Part shown: positions 49,297 through 58,417 of the stretch, piece after piece | Position numbering within the stretch: the first letter of the stretch is position 1 | Layout of the letters: the number at the start of each line of letters is the position of its first letter | From: Alphaproteobacteria bacterium | Lineage (GTDB): Bacteria > Pseudomonadota > Alphaproteobacteria > CALKHQ01 | Assembly (NCBI GenBank): GCA_965227515.1 | Contig: CBDDFZ010000002.1 | Span: 832,001-896,000 of the forward strand | Length of the DNA: 64,000 bases | Reading direction: 5' to 3' | Notes under the pieces: model-generated | Seen by the model: only the letters and a program-made list of their open reading frames with translations | Told to the model about the DNA's origin: nothing | Database searches by the model: none | Position numbers and translations under genes: made by a program

Positions 49297-49443
49297 TCAC
49301 CCCGGGACAAGTGCGCGGATCAGGTAGGCAACGCCGGCGACCACCGCGAGACCGGCGACCCACAACGCCACGAACCACAGCAGGCGCGCGCGCCAGTGTG
49401 GACGAGGGCCGCTGCCGCCGCCGCTGTCAGGTGCGGCGGTCAA
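49297..49443 (-). CDS. DUF2474-like small membrane protein of the bd-oxidase operon
   Basis: TTG overlaps the cydB stop; WRARLLWFVALWVAGLAVVAGVAYLIR. Confidence 0.75.
   Translation of the reverse strand: MTAAPDSGGGSGPRPHWRARLLWFVALWVAGLAVVAGVAYLIRALVPG
49316..49369. repeat. 54-bp direct repeat, copy 2 (inside the DUF2474-like gene)
   Basis: cggatcaggtaggcaacgccggcgaccaccgcgagaccggcgacccacaacgcc. Confidence 0.9.
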
Positions 49444-50441
49444 TGGTAGCCCTCGTCGGGATCGACCTTGCCGCGGAACACCCAGTAGGCATAGGCGGTG
49501 TAGGCCAGGATGATCGGGATCAGGATCACCGCGCCGACCAGCAGCAGGCCCAGGCTGGCGTCCGGCGCCGCCGCTTCCCAGATGGTGATCGCGCGCGGCA
49601 CCGCGAACGGGTAGAGGCTGATGCCGAGCCCGATGAACGACAGCACGAACAGCGCCAACGCTAGCAGGAACGGCATCGCGTCGCGTTGCTTCATCAGCGC
49701 GCGCACCATGAACGCGGCGATCGCGGCGATGGCAATCGGCATCGGCGACAGGAACGCGATATTCGGCCATTCGAACCAGCGTGCCGCGATGTCGTCGTGC
49801 AGCAATGGCGTCCACAGGCTGACGCCGCCGATCGCCGCCAGCACGATGGCGGTCAATGGCAGAGCCGCGCGGCGCATCTGCTGCTGCAGCGGGCCGCCGG
49901 TCTTCATGATCAGCCAGGTGGCGCCCAGCAGCGCGTAGCCCGCCACCAGCGCCAGCCCGGTCGCGATGCTGAACAGCGACAGCCAGTCGAACCAGCCTCC
50001 GGCATAGGCGCGGCCGTCGACGGCGATGCCCTGGATGAACGCGCCCAATGCCACTCCTTGGCTGAACGCGGCCACCACCGACCCGCCGCAGAAACCGACA
50101 TCCCACCACCGTTTATGGCGGATCGAGCGGAAGCGGAATTCGAACGCCACGCCGCGGAACACCAGCGCCAGCAGCATCGCGAACAGCGGTGCGTAGAGGG
50201 CGGGCATCAGGATGGCGTAGGCCAGCGGGAAGGCGGCGAACAGGCCACCGCCGCCCAGCACCAGCCAGGTCTCGTTGCCGTCCCACACCGGCGCGATGGT
50301 GTTCACCATGGTGTCGCGGTCGCGCTTGTTGCCGACCACGCCGAACAGGATGCCGACGCCGAGGTCGAAGCCGTCCAGCACCACATAGGCCAGGATCGCG
50401 AACGACAGCAGGCCGGCCCAGATCAGAGCCAGATCGATCAT
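49440..50441 (-). CDS. cydB: cytochrome bd (CIO-type) ubiquinol oxidase subunit II
   Basis: YVVLDGFDLGVG, APVWDGNETWLV, FRGVAFEFR, YWVFRGKV..EGYH. Confidence 0.96.
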   Translation of the reverse strand: MIDLALIWAGLLSFAILAYVVLDGFDLGVGILFGVVGNKRDRDTMVNTIAPVWDGNETWLVLGGGGLFAAFPLAYAILMPALYAPLFAMLLALVFRGVAFEFRFRSIRHKRWWDVGFCGGSVVAAFSQGVALGAFIQGIAVDGRAYAGGWFDWLSLFSIATGLALVAGYALLGATWLIMKTGGPLQQQMRRAALPLTAIVLAAIGGVSLWTPLLHDDIAARWFEWPNIAFLSPMPIAIAAIAAFMVRALMKQRDAMPFLLALALFVLSFIGLGISLYPFAVPRAITIWEAAAPDASLGLLLVGAVILIPIILAYTAYAYWVFRGKVDPDEGYH

Positions 50442-51871
50442 GACGCGGCTCCCTGGCTTTTTGGGGTCGAGCCGTCATCGCCGCGCCCTTGTGCGGGGCC
50501 GGGCGCGATGCCGGCGGTGCGGATCGGCGCGTCGGCGGCCTCGGCCGGCTCGTCCGGCTGCACCGGCCGGCGCATCATGCGCAGCAGATAGGTGGTGCCG
50601 GCGCCGAACACCAGCAGGTAGACGATGACGAACGCGATCAGGGAGCCCGCGACGCCAGGTGCTGCGATCGGCGAGATCGAGTCCTCGGTGCGCAACAGGC
50701 CATAGACGGTGTAGGGCTGCCGACCGACCTCGGTCACGATCCAGCCGGAGAGCACGGCGACGAAGCCTGACGGCCCCATCGCCACCATCCAGCGGTGGAA
50801 GCGGTGCGCGTCGAACAGGCGCCGGCGCCAGCGCAGCCACAGGCTGACAAAGCCGGTCAGCGCCATCAGGAAGCCAAGCCCCACCATCAACCGGAAGGCC
50901 CAGAACAGGATCAGCGCATTGGGCCGGTCCTCCGGCGCGAATTCCTTCAGGCCCGGCACCTTGCCGTCCCAACTATGGGTCAGGATCAGGCTGCCCAGAT
51001 GGGGGATGCCGACGGCATAGAGCGTTTCCTCCGCCTCCATGTCGGGCCAGCCGAACAGCAGCAGCGGCGCGCCTTCCTCCGGCTCGAAATGGCCCTCCAT
51101 CGCCGCGATCTTGGCCGGCTGGTGCTCCAGCGTGTTCAGCCCGTGCATGTCGCCGGCCACGATCTGGATGGGTGCTACGATGGCGGCCATCCACAGCGCC
51201 ATCGAGGCCATGGTGCGCGCCGCCTGGTCGGTCTTGTCCTTCAGCAGGTGCCAGGCGCCCACCGCGCCGACCACGAACGCGGTGGTCAGATAGGCCGCCA
51301 GCACCATGTGGACCAGGCGATAGGGGAACGAGGGGTTGAAGATGACGGCCAGCCAGTCGTCGGGCACGAACTGGCCGGCTTCGTTGAAGGCGTAGCCGGC
51401 CGGCGTTTGCATCCAGGAATTCACCGACAGGATCCAGAACGCCGAGAACAACGTACCGCCGGCCACCATCAGCGTGGCGAAGAAGTGCAGGCCCTTGCCG
51501 ACCCGCTTCATGCCGAACAGCATGATGCCGAGGAAGCCCGCCTCCAGGAAGAAGGCGGAGAGCACCTCGTAGCCCATCAGCGGGCCGAGCACAGGGCCGG
51601 TCAAGTCGGAGAACACCGACCAGTTGGTGCCGAACTGGTAGCTCATCACCACGCCGGACACGACGCCCATGGCGAACGCGACGGCGAAGATTTTCACCCA
51701 GTACTTGAACAGGCGCAGGTACACCTCGCGCCCCGTCGCCAGCCACAACCCCTCGAGCACGGCGAGGAAACTGGCCAGCCCGATGGAGAACGACGGGAAG
51801 ATGATGTGGAACGCGACCGTGAAGCCGAACTGGATGCGGGCGAGAAGCGTTGCATCGAGGTCCTCGAACAT
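50438..51871 (-). CDS. cydA: cytochrome bd (CIO-type, short Q-loop) ubiquinol oxidase subunit I
   Basis: LARIQFGFTVAFHIIFP, YEVLSAFFLEAGF, QPAKIAAMEG, TEVGRQPY. Confidence 0.96.
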   Translation of the reverse strand: MFEDLDATLLARIQFGFTVAFHIIFPSFSIGLASFLAVLEGLWLATGREVYLRLFKYWVKIFAVAFAMGVVSGVVMSYQFGTNWSVFSDLTGPVLGPLMGYEVLSAFFLEAGFLGIMLFGMKRVGKGLHFFATLMVAGGTLFSAFWILSVNSWMQTPAGYAFNEAGQFVPDDWLAVIFNPSFPYRLVHMVLAAYLTTAFVVGAVGAWHLLKDKTDQAARTMASMALWMAAIVAPIQIVAGDMHGLNTLEHQPAKIAAMEGHFEPEEGAPLLLFGWPDMEAEETLYAVGIPHLGSLILTHSWDGKVPGLKEFAPEDRPNALILFWAFRLMVGLGFLMALTGFVSLWLRWRRRLFDAHRFHRWMVAMGPSGFVAVLSGWIVTEVGRQPYTVYGLLRTEDSISPIAAPGVAGSLIAFVIVYLLVFGAGTTYLLRMMRRPVQPDEPAEAADAPIRTAGIAPGPAQGRGDDGSTPKSQGAAS

Positions 51872-52051
51872 GGCAGCAGCATACACCTTCGGCCATAGGA
51901 TGCATCGCGCGCGGATGGTCGCGGCGGCGCCGGCTCGTTAGCGGGATTTGGCTCGCATCGCGTTGACAGCGGGGCGGCCTGCCCGCAATGCTGCCCTTGT
52001 TATCGTGTCTTATGACCCTCTGGATTTATCCAACGAATGGGTGGCGCAGCC

Positions 52052-52717
52052 ATGTCTGGTTCAGTCAAAGCATTCATATTTTTCGCACTTGTCGCGGGCG
52101 CTTGTCATGTGTGGGCGGCGCTCAGCATTTCCACTCTCACCAGCCAGATCGTCGAGAACGGCCTGTCCAGCATGTCGGCGAGCGATTTCGAGGATTTCGG
52201 CAGTCAGGGTACGCTGATATTCGTTCTCCAGCTTATCGCCTTCATCATCTCGGCCATCATGTTCTGGGTGGTGCTGTCGCGTGCGTTCAATGGCCTGAAG
52301 TCCATCAGTGAGATCGATCATACGGTGGCGTTCTGGCCGGTCGTCGTGCTCGGCATCATCCCGATCGTCAACCTGATCGCACCCTGGTTCTGGATCGCGC
52401 GCATCGACAGCGCGCTGAACCGCTATCCGGAGAGCGGCTGGCGCACCGGTTTCGCCTCGGTCGGATGGGTGGCTGTTCTGTTCGCGGCCTACTCCATCGC
52501 CGGCACCATCATTCAGATCAGAGCGAACGACCCCGGCTACACGGAAAGTGCGGTGACCGACACCTTCGTGTTTCTGCAGAGTGCCGCTTATGTCAGTCTC
52601 GCCCTGTTCCTGGCGAGTGCGGCGCTGACGTCGGTCTATCTGGCCAAGGTGGAGCGCGCCAGCGACGCCGCGGTCAGACTGGCCTATGAACGGGAACGCA
52701 CGGCGGCGGCGACGTGA
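52052..52717 (+). CDS. 4-TM membrane protein, DUF4328-like
   Basis: Four hydrophobic segments with the IIPIVNLIAPW motif. Confidence 0.6.
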   Translation: MSGSVKAFIFFALVAGACHVWAALSISTLTSQIVENGLSSMSASDFEDFGSQGTLIFVLQLIAFIISAIMFWVVLSRAFNGLKSISEIDHTVAFWPVVVLGIIPIVNLIAPWFWIARIDSALNRYPESGWRTGFASVGWVAVLFAAYSIAGTIIQIRANDPGYTESAVTDTFVFLQSAAYVSLALFLASAALTSVYLAKVERASDAAVRLAYERERTAAAT

Positions 52718-52745
52718 TTCGAGGCTGAGTGGAAAAGGCTCTGGC

Positions 52746-53666
52746 GTGGGGGAAGCATCGACGGATGAACGGCGACAGCGGTTTGGCGTGCTAGCTGCGC
52801 TTCGGTTGACTGCGCTTCGGTTGACTGCACTCCGGGGGCGCGTCGCCGCATTGGTCGACAGCAGTGCCTTCCAGTGGGCGATCGTGGCGTTGATCGCGAC
52901 CAACGCGGTGACACTGGGGCTTGAGACCTCACCGCACGTGCGCGCGCAGATCGGCGGTCTCCTGAAGACGTTCGATCACCTCGTGCTGATCATTTTCTGC
53001 ATCGAGATCGGGCTGAAGCTGTTCGCGCATGGCCTGGGCTTCTTCCGCAACGGCTGGAACCTGTTCGATGCCGCGGTCGTCGGCTTCGCGCTGTTGCCGA
53101 CCCAGGGCGACCTCGCGATCCTGCGCGCCCTGCGCATATTGCGGGTGCTGCGCCTGATCTCGGTCGTGCCGCAGGTGCGCCGGGTGGTCGGCGCGCTGAT
53201 GACGTCGCTGCCCGGCATGGTCGGCATCATGCTGCTGCTGGCGCTGGTCTTCTACGTCTTCGCGGTCATTGCCACGACGCTGTTCGGCAAGGGCTTCCCG
53301 CAATGGTTCGGGTCCATCGGCGAGTCCATGTACTCGCTGTTCCAGATCATGACGCTGGAAAGCTGGTCGATGGGCATTGTGCGGCCGGTCATGGAGGCGA
53401 ACCCCAACGCCTGGCTGCTGTTCGTGCCGTTCATCCTGATCACCAGCTTTGCGGTGTTGAACCTGGTGATCGCGCTGATCGTCAATTCGATGAACGTGCT
53501 GCACGACGAGGAAGTGCGCGAGCGCGAGAAGGCGGAGCGGGCGACCCGGGTGTCCAACGAGCGCCTGCTGGAGGAAGTGGAGGCGTTGCGCGGCGAGCTG
53601 GCCGCGGTGCGCGCGGCGGTCGAGAAAGCGCCGCCGTCCGAAAGCCGGGCCGCTGGTCGCGGTTGA
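52746..53666 (+). CDS. bacterial voltage-gated sodium channel (BacNav/NaChBac-like); start uncertain
   Basis: S4 ILRALRILRVLRLIS, selectivity filter TLESWSM, GWNLFD, C-terminal coiled coil. Confidence 0.93.
   Translation: MGEASTDERRQRFGVLAALRLTALRLTALRGRVAALVDSSAFQWAIVALIATNAVTLGLETSPHVRAQIGGLLKTFDHLVLIIFCIEIGLKLFAHGLGFFRNGWNLFDAAVVGFALLPTQGDLAILRALRILRVLRLISVVPQVRRVVGALMTSLPGMVGIMLLLALVFYVFAVIATTLFGKGFPQWFGSIGESMYSLFQIMTLESWSMGIVRPVMEANPNAWLLFVPFILITSFAVLNLVIALIVNSMNVLHDEEVREREKAERATRVSNERLLEEVEALRGELAAVRAAVEKAPPSESRAAGRG
52795..52835. repeat. 15-bp tandem repeat (CTGCGCTTCGGTTGA x2 plus a partial copy)
   Basis: Encodes ALRLT-ALRLT-ALR in the channel N-terminal region. Confidence 0.8.
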
Positions 53667-53756
53667 TGTGTTGCCGATAATACGTGGAGCGCTAGCCAAC
53701 AACGTGGTATTATTAACCGTGGGGGCGTCCTGACCTCGGAAAGGGCGGTGGCGACC

Positions 53757-54806
53757 ATGTTGTTGCCCAAGAATACTATCGTCCGGTCGGTGTTTTTTCT
53801 GACGGCGATCTTGTTTTTTAGCGCCTCTCAGCCCCTCCTGGCACAAGAAGAGGTGCGCCACTACGCCCTCGGCACCGCAACCACCGGCGGCACCTACTAC
53901 CCCGTCGGCGTTGCCATCCAGGCGCTTGTGGAAGCGCGCTTGACCCCTTCGCACAACATCGAGATCGAGGCCGTCTCCACCGGCGGTTCGGCAGCGAACA
54001 TCGGTCTGTTGCGCAATGGCGAGGTCTCATTCGCCATGGTGCAGGGGCTGTTCGCGCGCGAGGCCGCAGCCGGCGTCGGATTGCCCGCCGATCCGCGCGC
54101 CCAGGTCAGCCGGGCCGAACTGCGCTCGGTGACCATGCTCTGGCCCGACGTGATGCATGTCGTGGTGCGCTCATCGCGGTTGGCAGGCGGCACGATCGAC
54201 GACCTCGCCGCGTTTGGCGGTGCCGGAATTTCGCTTGGCGCCGGGCATTCCGGGTCCAGGGCGTCCAGCATGCTTGCCCTGGGCAATCTGGGGCTCGATC
54301 CGGCCGGCCTGAATATCGTCGACAGTGGCAGCTATGACGGCACGGTCACCGCGTTCGAGAGCGGCGATATCGACGGCATGGTGATGTTCGGCGGCGTGCC
54401 GATCTCCGCCTTGGCCCGGCTTGCCGCATTGCACGGCGACGAGGTGGCGTTCCTGACCGTGTCCGACGGTGCGGTCCTGGCCGTGAACGGCGATCTGGAC
54501 GACTTGTGGCTGGCCCACATCATTCCTGGGGGTGCCTATGCCGGCCAGACCGAGGACGTGGCGACATTGGCGGAGCCGAACAGCTTGCTGGCGCGCGGAG
54601 ACGTGCCGGCGGACGATGTTTACGCGATCCTGAAGACGATGTTTGAGAACATGGATTTCCTGGCCAGCATGCATCCAGCGGTGCGGGCGATCAGCCTGGA
54701 GACCGCGTTGGCGGGCATGACGTTCCCCCTGCACCCCGGTGCGCTGCGGTTCTTCGAGGAAGCGGGCATCGCCATACCGGACGACCTCAGGCCGCCCGGC
54801 CAATAG
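53757..54806 (+). CDS. TAXI family TRAP solute-binding protein
   Basis: LGTATTGGTYYPVG, STGGSAANI, GSG-like GHSGS, PLHPGALRFF. Confidence 0.9.
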   Translation: MLLPKNTIVRSVFFLTAILFFSASQPLLAQEEVRHYALGTATTGGTYYPVGVAIQALVEARLTPSHNIEIEAVSTGGSAANIGLLRNGEVSFAMVQGLFAREAAAGVGLPADPRAQVSRAELRSVTMLWPDVMHVVVRSSRLAGGTIDDLAAFGGAGISLGAGHSGSRASSMLALGNLGLDPAGLNIVDSGSYDGTVTAFESGDIDGMVMFGGVPISALARLAALHGDEVAFLTVSDGAVLAVNGDLDDLWLAHIIPGGAYAGQTEDVATLAEPNSLLARGDVPADDVYAILKTMFENMDFLASMHPAVRAISLETALAGMTFPLHPGALRFFEEAGIAIPDDLRPPGQ

Positions 54807-54830
54807 GCCACCAAGGCATCTGCGTGAGGC

Positions 54831-55508
54831 CTATCGATGCCGCCAGGCGCCGAGCTCATTGATAGACAGGATCGGCGTGTAGTGCGCAATGCGGCTGGCC
54901 GACACCACGCCCGAGATCTGGTTGTCCAGGATCAACACGTCGTTGGCGGTATTGATGGCAAGAACGGCGTGCTGGACCCCCAAATTATGGTCCATCACCA
55001 CGACGATGCGCATGATGTTCGCCGGCAGGCCGAGGCCGCGCAGCGTGTAGTACTTCACGATCGCATAGTCCTCGCAATCGCCATCCACATCGTAGAATTG
55101 CAACGGCGTGGCCCAATAGTCCTCGACTTGCCAGTTGCTGGGGTCGGAAACGTAGCGGAAGTCGTTGAAGTGGCGGTTGACCAGTTCGATCTGCGCACCA
55201 GGGGCCATGCCCTCGGCGTCGCGCATCATCTGCGCCCACGACGCAACGTACTGGCAAAAGCCGCTGGGCGCCGACGACGCGCACGCGCTGGTCATGCTTT
55301 GGTACTGATTGGTGTAGCGCTGCACCATCTCGGCGAACTGCGGAAACATCGATGGGCCCGGCAGCCGAAACGCGTTGCCGTCGAACAGGCTCAGCGCATG
55401 GGCCGGGGCTGGGGCCAGGGCGCTTCCGCCGATGATGGCTGCGACCGCCACAAAGGCGATGCGACGTCCCAAACCAAGCCCGTGCCTGTCTTTCACGCGT
55501 CCGAACAT
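54831..55508 (-). CDS. transglutaminase-like cysteine peptidase (BTLCP/C93, LapG-like), second copy
   Basis: AAGGAGG RBS; signal peptide ending AHA; DYWATP, GDCEDYAIVKY, HAVL, LDN. Confidence 0.92.
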   Translation of the reverse strand: MFGRVKDRHGLGLGRRIAFVAVAAIIGGSALAPAPAHALSLFDGNAFRLPGPSMFPQFAEMVQRYTNQYQSMTSACASSAPSGFCQYVASWAQMMRDAEGMAPGAQIELVNRHFNDFRYVSDPSNWQVEDYWATPLQFYDVDGDCEDYAIVKYYTLRGLGLPANIMRIVVVMDHNLGVQHAVLAINTANDVLILDNQISGVVSASRIAHYTPILSINELGAWRHR

Positions 55509-55510
55509 GC

Positions 55511-56707
55511 TCACCTCCTTGTGCCTCCCGGTCGCGGCCCAGCCAGTATCATGACGGCCGCGGCCGCCGCCAGACCAAGCGCCATGACGGGTATCAACAT
55601 CAGATAAAGATTCGTTTCGTGCCGCGTGGCCTCGGCCAGCGCCTGTGCCACGGACAGAGACGCCACAATCGTGACCGGTGCGTCCTCGAAAGGGGCATTG
55701 GCCGTGATGACTGGCACGCCGCCGATGCCCTCGCTCAGACCGGCGCCGTTCGGCGCCTCGAACGCACGCACCCAGGCGGCAATCAATGCCTCGCCGCTCT
55801 CGTCCGCGACGGCCAGTTCGTACGATCCGTCGGTCCCGATCTGAGACAGGGCGACGACCCCGCCATTGCGCTCGCGAATGGCGGCGGTCTGGACCTGATT
55901 GTAGTCGGTCGTGTCCCGGGTCAGGCTGGACAGGTCGTAGATCTCGTAGAGCAGGCGCAATCCCACGATCCATCCCAGTTGGGTCTCTGCGGTCCGATCT
56001 TCCAGGAAAGCATGGGCCGGCAACAGGGTCAGATGCACCGGCGCACCGTTCGGCGAGTCGAAATCCAGCGACACGTGCCGCTCGCCCCGCTGCGCTGTCT
56101 GGATATATGTGCGGATGTCGAACGTCAGCGGCGGGAAGTCCTCGGTCGCCACCAGCGTGTCGCCCACCAGGTTGACGAGCGCCAGCCCCTCGAAGGCGAA
56201 GGCACCGAGGATCTCGGCCGTGTTGTCGACCGGCTCGGTGTCGGCCGGTCCGTCCGCATCCTGCCCTGACGCGATCGGCAGGTTCGCACCCACATCGGGG
56301 CGCGCATCGCCGACCTGGTAGCCGTGGTCGTAGGCCACGACGGCCATGTGATTGCGGATGTAGTCGAGTTGGTCCTCGCCATCCATGATCAGTGCAAGGT
56401 TTCCGTTCTGCGCGCGATACTCGCTGAGGAACAACGCAATGGTCGGGCTCTCGGCGACGCCGACCAGTGCTGCGTGGTCGTCGGCGCCTTGCGCCTGCAA
56501 CTCGTCGCGCAGCGTGGAGGCGAGGTCGAGCAACCGCCGCTCCCAGTCCGCCTGGTCGCTGGCCCGCATATCTTCGGCCTGGCCTTGGATCATCAGGTAT
56601 CCCGCCAGCACGGCGGCAAGTGTGAGGGCCAAGACGGCAGCAAACGCCGCCCACGGTCGCCCACTGCGGGTTCCGCCTTCCGATTGGCTGTCAGTCTCAC
56701 TGCGCAT
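55511..56707 (-). CDS. two-TM protein with a large periplasmic (Cache-like) domain and no cytoplasmic output domain
   Basis: N-terminal TM WAAFAAVLALTLAAVLAGYLMI, ~320-aa acidic domain, C-terminal TM followed by only ~8 residues. Confidence 0.75.
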   Translation of the reverse strand: MRSETDSQSEGGTRSGRPWAAFAAVLALTLAAVLAGYLMIQGQAEDMRASDQADWERRLLDLASTLRDELQAQGADDHAALVGVAESPTIALFLSEYRAQNGNLALIMDGEDQLDYIRNHMAVVAYDHGYQVGDARPDVGANLPIASGQDADGPADTEPVDNTAEILGAFAFEGLALVNLVGDTLVATEDFPPLTFDIRTYIQTAQRGERHVSLDFDSPNGAPVHLTLLPAHAFLEDRTAETQLGWIVGLRLLYEIYDLSSLTRDTTDYNQVQTAAIRERNGGVVALSQIGTDGSYELAVADESGEALIAAWVRAFEAPNGAGLSEGIGGVPVITANAPFEDAPVTIVASLSVAQALAEATRHETNLYLMLIPVMALGLAAAAAVMILAGPRPGGTRR

Positions 56708-56974
56708 ATGGGCGGCCCAGTCGCACTGCCCGCGAGCCACACTGCCCGCAAGCCATAATGCCCGCGAGCCGGTACCCCGACACATCTGTCGCTTCGGCTA
56801 ACCCTTCTTCGCGGGGGCTAGGGAACAATTGCGGTCGGCCGGACGCGGAAATCGTGACACGTGCGCGGCCGGCGGCGCAACTGGTTTGCTCCGCCATTCG
56901 CGAATTCGTGCACTCCGCGACCACTCATGGTGGCATCGTGCGACGACAGTCAGTCACCTGCCAGGGACGGCTGC

Positions 56975-58411
56975 TCAGCCGGCGCGCGACGACGGCACGC
57001 CATAGAGCCAGTCCGGCAGGGTCAAAGAGATCTCCGGCACGAACGTGATCAGGATCAGGAACAGGAACAACAGCCCGGTCCAGGGCAGTGCCGCCTTCAT
57101 CACGCTCAAAATGTCCATGCCAGTAATCGACGACGTCACGAACAGGTTCAGGCCCACCGGCGGCGTGATCATGCCGATTTCCATGTTCACGACCATGATG
57201 ATGCCGAGGTGGATCGGGTCGATGCCCAGTGCGATGGCGATGGGGTGGGCAATCGGGGCGACGATCAGCAGAAGCCCGCTCGGCTCCATGAACTGGCCGC
57301 CGACCAGGAGCAGGATGTTGATCAGGATCAGGAACGACCACGCCGCCAGTTCCGCATCCTGCACGATCGCCAGCAGCTCCTGCGGCAGGCGTTGCTCGGT
57401 CAGCGCGTGGCTGAAGATCAGCGCGTTGAAGATGACGAACATCAGCATGATCGCCATCTTGGCCGCGTCCAGCAGGACCTGCCGGGTTTGGGCATGGAAG
57501 AAGTTGGGGACCAGGAACACCACGCTCTTCCACAGATTGCGACCGATGGCCGCCTCGACCGTCTCGCCCTCGCGGCGCCACGGCTCGTCGCGCAGGAAGC
57601 CGATGCCGCGGTAGATCAGGGTCGCGGTGATGAAACCGTAGACCGCTGCAACCGCCGCCGCCTCGGTCGGCGTGAACTCGCCGGTATAGATGCCAACCAG
57701 GATGATCAGGATCAGCAGCAGGCCGAAGAATGCGTGGTAGCCATCGCGGACCATCCGTCCCCAGCCGGCCCAGTCGCGCGACACGATCTTGCGGGCGCCG
57801 ACCGCGAACCAGATCCCCATGATCAGGATCAGCCCCGCCAACAGCCCGGGCACGATGCCGGCCATGAACATGCGGCCGACGGATTCGTTGGTCGCCGCCG
57901 CGTACACCACCATCACGATCGAGGGTGGGATCAGGATGCCGAGCGTGCCGGCTGTGGAAATGACGCCGGCCGCGAACGGCAACGGATAGTTGGCGCTCCG
58001 CATGCCGCGGATGGCGATCGGCCCGATGGCCGCCACCGTCGCCGGCGACGAGCCGGACAGGGCCGCGAACAGCATGCACGAGAACACGCCGGCATTGGCC
58101 ATGCCGCCGCGCAGGTGCCCGACCGCACTGACCGCGAAGCGGACGATCCGCTCAGCGGCACCTCCCGTGGACAGGAACGCGGACGACAGGATGAAGAACG
58201 GGATCGCGGTCAGCAGGAACTTCGCGTTCATCGCGCCGACCGCCGCGATGGCGAGGCTGGAGGCCTTGCCGGTGTCGATCAGCGTGATGACGACGGCGGG
58301 TAGCGCCAGTGCGACGCCGATCGGCACCCGCAGCGCCAGGAAAAGGAAGACGAGGCCGAGCAGAATCCAGCCGACATGGGGCTGGAGCGCTTCTTGGATG
58401 GCCTCGAACAT
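56975..58411 (-). CDS. dctM: TRAP transporter large permease
   Basis: AIPFFILS, ALSGSSPATVAAIG, GTLGILIPPSI, FTPTEAA, GMITPPVGLNLF. Confidence 0.95.
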   Translation of the reverse strand: MFEAIQEALQPHVGWILLGLVFLFLALRVPIGVALALPAVVITLIDTGKASSLAIAAVGAMNAKFLLTAIPFFILSSAFLSTGGAAERIVRFAVSAVGHLRGGMANAGVFSCMLFAALSGSSPATVAAIGPIAIRGMRSANYPLPFAAGVISTAGTLGILIPPSIVMVVYAAATNESVGRMFMAGIVPGLLAGLILIMGIWFAVGARKIVSRDWAGWGRMVRDGYHAFFGLLLILIILVGIYTGEFTPTEAAAVAAVYGFITATLIYRGIGFLRDEPWRREGETVEAAIGRNLWKSVVFLVPNFFHAQTRQVLLDAAKMAIMLMFVIFNALIFSHALTEQRLPQELLAIVQDAELAAWSFLILINILLLVGGQFMEPSGLLLIVAPIAHPIAIALGIDPIHLGIIMVVNMEIGMITPPVGLNLFVTSSITGMDILSVMKAALPWTGLLFLFLILITFVPEISLTLPDWLYGVPSSRAG

Positions 58412-58417
58412 CGCCGC

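Larger units (their letters stand above)
46965..49315. mobile_element. putative inserted cassette (no recombinase) bounded by 54-bp direct repeats
   Basis: Flanking repeats; less GC3-biased codon usage than neighbouring genes, judged by eye. Confidence 0.55.

Noticed and set aside
55509-56654. Apparent 607-aa BTLCP fusion (54831..56654)
   Set aside because: The upstream part is an off-frame read of 55511..56707; the RBS and signal peptide define the start at 55508. Programmed frameshifting is not supported by anything visible
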